Shown in pieces: positions 24,906 to 35,403 of a stretch of 64,000 nt of DNA. A program made the position numbers and the translations under genes. The DNA comes from Sporopachydermia quercuum (lineage: Eukaryota): contig BCGN01000005.1 of assembly GCA_001599295.1 (NCBI GenBank), positions 558,001-622,000 of the forward strand. The letters run 5' to 3'. Below the pieces are notes generated by a model. That model made no database searches. It saw only the letters and a list, made by a program, of their open reading frames with translations, and had not been told where the DNA came from. Positions within the stretch are counted from its first letter, which is position 1, and each line of letters begins with the position of its first letter.

Positions 24906-27900
24906 GTACTGGTTATTCTATAATTGCTAAGTTAATAATTGTCATGTCAACCATGTTCGAAGATACTTTGATAGACTAGAAAAGCAATTCCAAACGTAGA
25001 AATTTCGTTCACAGGAGATGCCTCCTATTTCTTCCCTTCGTATTTATCGAAATCACTCTCCTAACTGTTCAATTCTCTGCAAGTTAACTGATTGAAGCGG
25101 AAGAAGAACTTTCGGTCGCGAAGGGCAANTACTGAGATAATAAGAGATCAATTGCTTTGTTTATGTTGATGTTATGCTCCCTATAACATTGACCGCGAAT
25201 CTAACAGAGAGAAACACTATTTCGCGTGGTGAGCTGGTAATGAAAAATCAGTAAATAACTTCGTTGAAAGTAACAACCAATGAAATTGAAAGCTTTCTCT
25301 GGAGTTTTCCAATTTTCTTCTCATTTCCAATATTAGTTTGCTTACTTGAGTGGATACATCAGTCAATGATCAAGTCAACCAGTAAAATTGGAAGTGCAGG
25401 TGAACCAGTAATGCATAAACAGCAGACCATAAGAGGATTAGTTTAAATTTATGCAATGCAGGTCAAGTAGAGTTAGTTCCAAAAACAATTAGAGGAAATC
25501 AATCAGCATAATTACGGTCTAATTTCAACTGCAGAGACTATACCTAATCTCCTGGTCTGAGTGGAAGGGCAAACCAAACAAGGTAATNAAAAATATGCGG
25601 AATAATTGCATATATATTCTTAAAATTACCGAAAACCAAAGTCTGAAATAATTTGTTGATGCTGTTGTGAAAGTTATATTGGAATTGCATTGCACTCTTC
25701 ATTGCTGTTTTGAAGATTAATCATATAAATTATTCTAAGGAAATTAATACTTACCAAATTGACCAGTGTGTTGGTGTTGTACCTTTTGTGTTGGTTCTAA
25801 TATCAACAAAAGATCTATATTTTCTCAAAATCTGTCTTTGGCTTGATTTTGAGACTTTGCCCTCCGCTAAAATTAATGTTAATAAGAGGAAATGACAACA
25901 ATAAGTAATGAATATCCTGAAACTGAAATAGTAATATGAATGTAGTAGAGAAGATCTCTTCTTGATTTGTGGAATTGAATAGTAGAGAGTCAACTTGTTG
26001 GATCTGAAAATCGTGAACAACATGCTGTGAAGAATAATAATTTGATGATCGACACTTCTATAGTACCTCTTATTTATTTATTCTTTACTCTTTATTTTTT
26101 TTTCCTCTCATTTGCTTTCCTCTCCTTTCCTTTGCATATATTTTATGCGTTGCTATGCATTGTTAATTGATAAAAAATCATTATGTTCGAGTCTCAGGCA
26201 AAGTTGTAAGCATTATGCAAGACTGGCATATAAAGTTAGAACTTACAGTAGTGTTCAGATATATTAAATTCCGAATCTTAGACCGATTTGGAAGAATGAT
26301 GAACAAGAGAAGAAAACTAATATCTGTAATATACAGCTACTGTTCGTTGATAGTGAAATTAATGAAACAATTCAGATTGTAAGCCCGTTGCAAGCTTAGT
26401 TCGATTGTGATATTAGTATGATATAGATTGAAGCTTGTCCAGAAATAGATAATGTCGACCTGAATGAAGATGATGGGCCATCAAGTAAGTCAAACGAGTG
26501 AGTAGTAGAGAACAATAAAAAAAGTTATTAAAGCATAGTGACAATAAGATAGACTTATATATAAAAATGAACACTATCATAGTTAATTTAAATATTAATA
26601 AGGATTATAAAGACTATAAGTAAGGTAGGAGTGTGTGAATCAAGTCTAAAGTATTCTTCCGTTGGATCATTGCCCTTGCTCTTGAAGATCACGACCGAGA
26701 TAAAACTACTGGACTGGGCTATACAATTACTCGCGAATTTTTGGGAATCTATTCAATTAACTTTTAACTTAAAACTCTTTATCTCGATTTCAGTTTGTTG
26801 TTACCCATTTGAAGAACTTCTCCCGTGGTGAAATTAGTTAGTAGAACAGGTAGGTACCCTGGGGAAAAGAACATTCGCTAGTCATCTTTCCTAAAAAAAT
26901 AGTTTAACTTTAATATAAGCCTTCGAGAATTATTTAAGTTTAGTGATGCATGAGACTACTATTTCAAGTTACTGAAGCATGCACTCTTATACTGCCCAAC
27001 TGAAACTTTAATTAACCAGATCGAAGAAATTCTTCGGTTTTCCCTCTACGTTTCTTCTGTACAATGTTTCGGTATATAATTACTAATATCTAAAAAATAG
27101 CCTCAGTAGTAGTCACTTTGTAGTTCCACAATTCCCTATTCGGAGTTAACGTTCTTCAACTTAAACGATAAATCGCTTAGAGCTTATGTTTCATTGATTT
27201 TCTTTTGGAGGATAATATTGCTGCTAATAATTGAGCTGATTTTTGATATCGGATTCCACATATCGCAAATGAAAAAACCCGTTCTATCTTAAATAAAAAA
27301 TGGACGCAAAATGTTTGAGAGAAATTCAATCTTTAGCTGAACTCTACGGTATTAGGTACTTTTAGCCCACCCTTGTCAAATTACTACAGGGAAGGGAATC
27401 CCATATTCTTACCTCTCTTGCAATACAGTACACTTGGTTGACTGTTCCTCATTATGATGGAAAGTTATTTGTTTTGATATTTCTCAGGATGTTCATTTAT
27501 CATTTTCCTTTTGAAGGGGTGTGACTTAAGTGTTACTTTTCAAACATTTCGAAACCCGCGCGATATATATAATGTATATGAAAAATAAATCGGCCAATCA
27601 GTTGAAANCAGTTAAATTAGAAGCTTGATCTATATTCAAACACCCTTATTCATACATATTGAGAACCAAAAATCAAAANAGCACGTGAATAAAACATGTC
27701 AGTATTTCAGCTTAGTACTTAGGGAGAATAACTTCCTGAAAGGTAGTTGCTTCTCCGTTGTCCAGTACCNAGGATTGTTCATCAGTCTTTTAATGGTATT
27801 TTGTTGGTGTTCAATTCAAAACGTTCTAGACACTTGATTGTAAAGTGGTATAGGGCTTTATCCCAGAATATCAATACATAATACATAGTCTTATATATAT

Positions 27901-30900
27901 ACTTTCACCAAACGCTCTTTAGTTGATTTATTGGTGTTTACTTTCAGGTTTTGTTAGTAGTGAGTTTACTTTTCTTTATTTTTCTTTGATCCTTTGAAGT
28001 AGGATTTACGATTAAAATTATTTGATAAAGTATGCACTATAGTGGTAAAATTACATATAACCAACAAACTATGAGATTGTTTTCAGCTTATGAACTAGGA
28101 ACTTGCTCAACTGAGGTTTTCCAGAGGGTTTTCTGTTATAGTAAGAGCAAACTTAATGTTGCTTAACTTCGAAAGTTATCTACTTCTTTGTAATTAAATA
28201 GTATAAAATAGCTTTGAGCAGTAACTACAACTTGAATTGTTTATTAAATCGTATCGCCAATACAACCGCAGTACTCTTTCTATCAAAAAAGAAATTTTCA
28301 GGTACCGATTTTTTCTTTTTTTTCGTTCCTTTACTCTTTTTTTTTTTCACTTCGGACTCAAAGCAATTCGCAGTGTTGATTAACGAGTGTATTTAGAGTT
28401 TAAAAGTATGTTTAAAATGCATAAGCTTCATTAGTTGGATAGAACATGCGTAATACTAGTTTATAGTTTATGCAGAGCTTAATCTTATACCTTCTCAAAA
28501 CAGCAATTAATTTTTTCTCAAGCTCATAAGCTAGCGAAAAATCGTTGATACTCTGGGGACTACAAGTCCCCGTTGGAATAGCGGAAGGGCTACCATATAT
28601 CAGCCCGAAATCTCGGTTAGCTCTCTTATAAGTTGTGAATATCTACTAGTTTGAAAAATGGGACTGTACAAGCAACAATTTTCGTCACATCAAACACCAC
28701 TTCGTATCACTCTTCTTTTGGTCATTTGATTACACTTCAATCACATTTGCTTTTGAAACAGTTGTTCACTTGCAATAGACAAGAAAATGGCCAGCATTCT
28801 TTGAATTTTTTAGGCAGACTTTCTAGAATTCCAGATGAGAAGTCCTCTCCTTCAGACCAGTGATCACCATTGAGATGACTCGAATGTTAGACTGGCGGCA
28901 TCCTTTTTCATAAAGGGCTCAATATGTCCATCTAGAAGTCAACAGATTTTAAACCAATAATCTACTTTAGGTTTATAACTGGGACTGCAATAATTAGGTA
29001 ACCCATAGAATCTGCACTGTCTTCAGGTATCTGATTATTATTACGAATCGTTGTAATTGTAGCTTCACCAGGGTTTTCATACCTGAAGAAAGTTCTTGAT
29101 GCGACAACAATAACTTGACTTACCACAACTTCTTAAACAAAGTGTCATAGGCCAAGTAAATAGTATGTGCCTTATACAAGTTACCTGTTGAAATATCTTA
29201 CTGTTCTCACAACTGTTAGCTGAACTATATCATTTCTGAGACTTGCATTTTCAATTCAACATTTGACTTCTAATTCTAATAACTTGATATTTTACAGTTG
29301 GAAAATATAATAACTAAGTATTCAAATGAATCGCCTATCTCTCTAACCAATGATGAGATATTGGTTCGTCGTGAAAAGAAGTTTGAGTTGAGTACTCTTA
29401 TCGGTCTGACTTTTGACACTAATGGTCACATGATCTTGAAACTTTTGAACTTATGAACTATAGCTTCAGTTCCTTCTTTTTTGATATCAAATAATCTTTT
29501 CTGATCTCTTAATTGATTGCTTTGCAGGTCATACATACACTTGTCGAGGCACTCTTTTGAATTCAGATAATTGGAAGGAAAAGAGTTTATAAAAAATTAA
29601 TGAAAATAAGGTTTGTAACAACCCGTTATTTACATTAAATTAAAGTTGGGCTGCAAACTTCCACTGCATGTATGTCTCGCTTCTCCAATAAACCTAGATC
29701 TGGTACTAATCAAACGATAATATTCGTAAGTTTTTCAATATAAGCGGGTTGTATTATTTGCCTAATAGCAGAATGTCATTTTAGCTTTTACATTTATACT
29801 GTTCTTTTTTGTCTTTGCTTTGAGAGTCCAACTTAAAGTACCTCACAAATCCTATAATTGACGTTTATATATATATAAACTTCCCATAGCTATATAAAGT
29901 AAGTCAAAGAATGATAATACTTCTAACCCCGATAGTTCTCTAACTGATGTTCTTGACATTTTACTCAAAAGATTATGCATGAAATAAAAATAAATTATCT
30001 GCAAAGCTATGCATAAAGTTTTCTCGTCATACGTTTCTCAAGAAGAGTTCCCAACGGTTAAGTAGGATTCACGATTGTCTATGTAATTTGGTACTAACTA
30101 TTTCTAGCTTTGATTGGTCCAGACTCTGAGCTTAATAATATTATGATAGCATAAAAAAAGTTGAGCAGGACATGAGGTAGCAGCGAGATGTAGATTCAAT
30201 TGAGAAAACTTCTTGATAAGTTCCTTTATTATCGAATGCATTACGTTGCTTCATTTTACTGATATATACATAATATTTGTCCTTCTCCTTCAACATTATT
30301 GAGTCTCATGGAAGAAANTAAAACTTGAGATTAAGAATCTGGTTCTGGTAAACTCCCTTTAAATCTTCTGTTCGTTTAAATCAAAACAGAGGAAAAAGGG
30401 TCGTTAATATAAACATACTAGTAAATATNTATCTGTTTCCTTTGTAACATTTCAAAGCTGACAGAAAATTAAAGCAATAGTTGAGGCTGCTTCGAACATT
30501 AGTTTAGACTGAAGTTCCAATTGTTTCTTGGTGAGCTATGAGCAGCCATTTGAGAAACTGGTTGTTGAAATAGTCTTTTATTGGTTGTTCTCTTTCAAGA
30601 TTCCTTTAATTATATGGAGTCTGTCGGTTTAGTTGTTTACATAACGGGACTATAATCTTTATTTTCATTATTTCCATTTCATTAATGGGAATGCGTTCGC
30701 ATGAGCATTTATGCAATGCAACCTAAAAGTTAAACTTAAAGTTCTATTAGGCTTTTGAATAGTTTTATCAATAGACACTAACTTTAATGTTAATCTGACA
30801 ATCAACGCTTAAGGAAGGTGAGTGGAAAACAGGTTTCACTCTCAATAAAGTTTCACGATAGAAGCTGATTCACAGTATTTGGTAATAGTGATAAGAGTGA

Positions 30901-32535
30901 ACCAGAAAGGGAGTAGGAAGAGTACAATGAACAAAAATATTCAGTCTTCTTTATAGAAATTAATTATATAGATTTTCACTTTCAATAGAATCCTCATCAA
31001 TATTATTTGATGATAAATGCTGCTACAACTTGGCAAATAATATGAAGTAAATATGAGGAGTCTCTTAGGAATAATTAACTTCACCTTTACCTGCATGACA
31101 TGCCTTCCTAAAGTATCAACAAAGTAAGAAACAACTAGTCTGATAGTATGACATATTGAAATATCAAATTTGTTGAATCAAATTGATTCGAATTGAAAAG
31201 ATAGTAAATTATGATCTCAGCATAGTTCATAACTTATAACAGCTTATATATGAAAAATCGCAACTTGGAAATCGAGAGAAACTACACGAAGTTTTAATGT
31301 AAGGAATAGAATAATTGGTATAAAATTCTAAACATGCAATTGATTACAGTCAACTGAGGTACTATATTCATGCTATTTTTCTTCTTCTTTTTAATACGAA
31401 TTAGTACTATCAAGCATCCAGTAGGTACTCTGCTAATATTTATTATTCCCATTGATCAATATATAATTACCCTCAATCTTATATTTAGCTACTATTTATA
31501 CCAGGTGTTGCTTCCAGGAACTCTAGAACAAGAAAAAACTAGCTTTATTTTGCAAAATAAAGAATTTATTCTTTAATAGCATACTCTACTTCTTTGAAAC
31601 TTTCCAAATATAAATGAAAAAAAGCACCTGTAGAAGGGAGAAGGTGCTGCTTTATTCTCTTATCATGAACTGACGACTGTTATTGGAATTAAGTAATTCA
31701 AAAACTGTCTTTGCCTTCCAATTGCTTTTACATATCCCCTTTCCATTCAGGCCAAATCAATGACATTAAAACAATAATTTATCCAGCATCAACATCTACC
31801 AAAAATAAGTAATAGATGTTTTGGAATTCAGGTACGATTTGCAAGATTGATAGCAAGAACAGATGAAACCAATGTTTTCAATAGCAATCAGGAAGGCCTT
31901 GAGTACCCCCACATCAAACTATTGTCTTTTGGAACAACCAATAGACAATACCAAAACCATCAAAGGTTCTATGATAAATAATTTCTCGGAGCATTTACTT
32001 TTTCTCACTACCACTTCTGAAAGTCCATTGAGTGCTGATTCACAGGGAAAATAGTAACATTATTCACTTGATTCCCTAGATGTTCTCAGCACCTCGAGAC
32101 TGCAAGAACATACAATCAATTAAGGTTTAAGGTACCGTATTCCAAATCAAGCAAGTTGTTGTACTTGCTCTTAGTGGAGATAGAGTGGGAGCCAAGGGAA
32201 CATAGAGCATCATTAATAGTTGAGAGTATAATTTGGTTCCCTCAATAGATTTGTAGATTATATATTTTAGGATTGAGTAATTAAGGAAAAGACGAATGAC
32301 AAGCGCTAAATTAGACTACTCAAAATTTGATGAGAAGTTTCGATTCCGATAAATGGATTCTCCACCTCTTTGAATTTTTTGACCAGTTTTAGCGAGTCAG
32401 CCAATAATCGTAAACCTTATCGTTATTCGTACTTCACTTGCATGATTCCTAAATATCTGGAAACTTTAATTTTGACATATTCTCAACTCATCAACTTTAA
32501 TTTGAAGTTGAAGCTTATTATCAACTGTAAGAGAT

Positions 32536-33478
32536 GCGCGAAATGGGCGCGAAATGGCCTGCAAAAATAGCAGGGATTTTCGTTTTTCCATAAGACATGG
32601 TCAAATAGAATATAACTTAACTATTCATGAATAGTATAAGTTTCATGCATATTTTGAACGTTCCAGAACATTTCATTTTCGGTTACATTGTTTGGTAAAC
32701 ATATATGCAGTGTTTTGTTATCCCCTGTGGCTTGATCCTATCTCTTCCTTCTTTACTAGATTCTCTTACAGCCTGACTAATTAATTATGCACGTTTTTCT
32801 TTTTGACTTTAATAAGAGAAGCGCTTGCTAATCTCATTACAGCCCTCTTCCAAAGCAACTTACTTTTTTTGAACTTTTCGCATTAATCTCTCGTTCCAAA
32901 TGCGATCATGGTAATATTAGCAGATTTTGCAAAACTTCTTCCGTTCATATGACCTCTTTTGAAAGCTTCAGTATATATTCATGTATGATCCTCCAGCTTA
33001 GCCAACTTCTCTTGCAGCAAGGCTTTAAGATTATGTAATCGTTTATTATTTAATGCCATACTTTGACAAAATAGCTCATAAGTAGTGTCACGTAAATGAC
33101 ATTTAATGATTAGGTGATCTAAAATAGCTGTTATACGTATAATTGACATGTCACGTTATTTTACATTATGTACGGAATCTAAGAACTTCGCATCTCCTTC
33201 TATTACCTCTTTCATATTAGAGTATTCACAATCTATTCTATTGCGCGTTATCATAACGCGCGTTCTATGTTTTGTTTTCTTTATGCTTGATGTTTGTTTT
33301 CTTCCTATATACATTCCTGAAATCTATGCCGAAAATATACTGCCAAAGTTACAATAAACTAACTCTGCTAACAATAATATAAAATTGTTTGTGAAATAGG
33401 TCTTTAGTCTTAGGTTCCTACTACCGTCTCTGTTTCTTTTAAATGCAGAATACCTCCCAATATCAAAGTTGAACGCGT
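32536..33478. promoter_or_regulatory. SCB/MCB-like cell-cycle elements upstream of PRI2
   Basis: GCGCGAAATGG x2 (32536-32557), inverted pair GCGCGTTAT-C-ATAACGCGC (33243-33261) and ACGCGT (33473-33478). Confidence 0.65.
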
Positions 33479-33503
33479 AATAGTTGACTCATTCAAAAGG
33501 ACA

Positions 33504-35039
33504 ATGTTCAGACAACCAAAGCGAAGAACCGCTCATAGAAAAAACTTTGCCGCAGTTTCGATTGGTGAAAATGAAACATACAACCATAGACTCTCGTTTT
33601 ACACTCAGCCACCTATGGGTGAGATCACAGTCGATAAATTTGAAGAATGGGCCATTGACAGGTTGAAAGTACTAGTAGAAATTGAATCATGTTCATTAAG
33701 AGGGAAATCATTCAAAGAAACAGAAACAATAATAAAACCAATCTTATCAAAGCTTCTACCATTATCATCTTCTTCAAAAGTATCGGCAACAACAGAGCTA
33801 GAAAGAAAAAAAGATCATTTCAGTCATTACATCCTTCGATTGGCATTTTGCCGTTCTGAAGAGCTTCGGCAACGATTCATCAAAGCTGAATCGACTTTAT
33901 TCAAAATCAGATTCAATCTTATTGATTCAAGTGAGAGACAGAATTTCACCAATGATTTAAACTTGAGTTGGACTGTTGTCTCAAATGAGGAAAAAGCCGA
34001 ATTATATAATGACCTCTACGCTGCATCTTATTCAAAGTTAATGTTCTATTTGAATACCAACTCAGATGGTAAGATGATGACATCCATGGATGTGAAAGCG
34101 TTGTTTGATCGTCAAGGTTTCNTCAAAATACCGTTTGAACAAATCTCAGAACTTGTGGCAACAAGGTCAGTGTTCTTGAAACGTGGTATGGCATATGTGC
34201 CTACATCCAGTCAAATCAACTTATTGATTGGAGAATTTTCAGCAAAGCTAAATAATTCCTTGTTGACTATGGTGAAAATAATTCCCAGGTTAGATGAAGA
34301 TGATAGGCTAATTCCTATCCTTAACCATCTATCTTCTGGTTACAATGCGTCTTCTTACAATCCCAGTGAATCTTCTTCCAATGGTATCACTGATGCTGAA
34401 ATTAACGCTTCAAATGTCACAACTTCTGAAATTATGCAGCATTTCCCACTTTGCATGAAGAGATTACAACAAGGGCTTTCAGCTAATCATCATTTACGCT
34501 ACCACGGAAGACAACAATACAATTTGTTTCTTAAAGGAATTGGTTTGTCAGTTGACGAAGCTCTCAAGTTTTGGCAAGATCAGTTCTGTAATCATGGAGG
34601 TACAATTACCATAGATAAATTTCAGAAAGAGTATCGCTACAATATCAGACACAACTATGGTTTGGAAGGTAAAAGAGTTTCTTATCGCCCTCATGATTGT
34701 AATACTATCTTAAGACAACCAAAACCTGGTAACAATGAATATCATGGTTGTCCATACAGAGATTTATCAGTTGATAAGTTAGTATCAGAATTCCATTCTA
34801 TGGGTATTAATAGTGAAAATGATATTAACAGTGTTTTGGAAATGGTGAAATCTTCAAATTACACTATTGCATGTACAAGAGTTTTCGAATTGACACATAA
34901 TTTGAATGAATCAAGTTCTAATCCTACATCGACTGGAGATGATAATGATGAGAAAGCTGATTTTTATTTGCATATTTCGCATCCCAATCTTTACTTCGAT
35001 CGAAGTTATCTTTTAGCGAAAAAAGAGATGTCCAGATAG
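33504..35039 (+). CDS. PRI2: DNA primase large subunit
   Basis: FEEWAIDRLKVL, KKDHFSHYILRLAFCRS and YRYNIRHNYGLEG, with four Fe-S cysteines (FPLCM, HDCN, HGCPY, IACTRVF). Confidence 0.97.
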   Translation: MFRQPKRRTAHRKNFAAVSIGENETYNHRLSFYTQPPMGEITVDKFEEWAIDRLKVLVEIESCSLRGKSFKETETIIKPILSKLLPLSSSSKVSATTELERKKDHFSHYILRLAFCRSEELRQRFIKAESTLFKIRFNLIDSSERQNFTNDLNLSWTVVSNEEKAELYNDLYAASYSKLMFYLNTNSDGKMMTSMDVKALFDRQGFXKIPFEQISELVATRSVFLKRGMAYVPTSSQINLLIGEFSAKLNNSLLTMVKIIPRLDEDDRLIPILNHLSSGYNASSYNPSESSSNGITDAEINASNVTTSEIMQHFPLCMKRLQQGLSANHHLRYHGRQQYNLFLKGIGLSVDEALKFWQDQFCNHGGTITIDKFQKEYRYNIRHNYGLEGKRVSYRPHDCNTILRQPKPGNNEYHGCPYRDLSVDKLVSEFHSMGINSENDINSVLEMVKSSNYTIACTRVFELTHNLNESSSNPTSTGDDNDEKADFYLHISHPNLYFDRSYLLAKKEMSR

Positions 35040-35403
35040 ATGTGACGGGTTCTACTCTACCTAATTAATAGTTATGTATTATGTCTCACTAATAATTCGA
35101 TTAAGTTGTTAGTAATTGAATTTATGAATTTATTGAAAATAGAATAAACAATCCATAAGCATTTTGCAGGTTTATATTATACTACAAAGTGGATACAATA
35201 TAAAAACAATAAACAATAAAACGCAGAACGATAATATCAAAAGAAGTAAAACACGATAATTATACAAATACCCATATTTCATAGAAAATTAACAATAAAA
35301 ATGAATAACCAAACAAGCAATAGAGAACAACTTAATTCAGACGAAACCAAAACAATCCCTCTGCATGCAATTAAATACTACACCATTATCCAATAAGAAT
35401 ACG

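Noticed and set aside
24919..26023. 90 aa minus-strand ORF ending at a GTAAGT donor (25754) as an upstream coding exon of the APSES gene
   Set aside because: Splicing to each nearby acceptor gives a stop or the wrong frame. A 5' UTR intron remains possible but is unsupported.
28564..28921. AAGTCCCCG and a later GGGCTCA resemble RNase MRP P4 halves
   Set aside because: The GAAA before GTCCCC is missing, the partner has only three Gs, the spacing is long, and a local hairpin would sequester the 5' half.
29350..29409. Box C (ATGATGA) and box D (CTGA) 60 nt apart, suggesting a C/D snoRNA
   Set aside because: It is short, has no terminal stem, and has no convincing rRNA-complementary guide that I can recognise.
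29425..29432. GTCACATG CDEI-like motif suggesting a point centromere
   Set aside because: No extremely AT-rich CDEII or CDEIII follows, and the lineage is unlikely to have point centromeres.
28650..32100. Short open stretches in the desert as transposon remnants
   Set aside because: The stretches I translated show no RT, integrase, gag or transposase motifs, and I saw no LTR pair or terminal inverted repeats.
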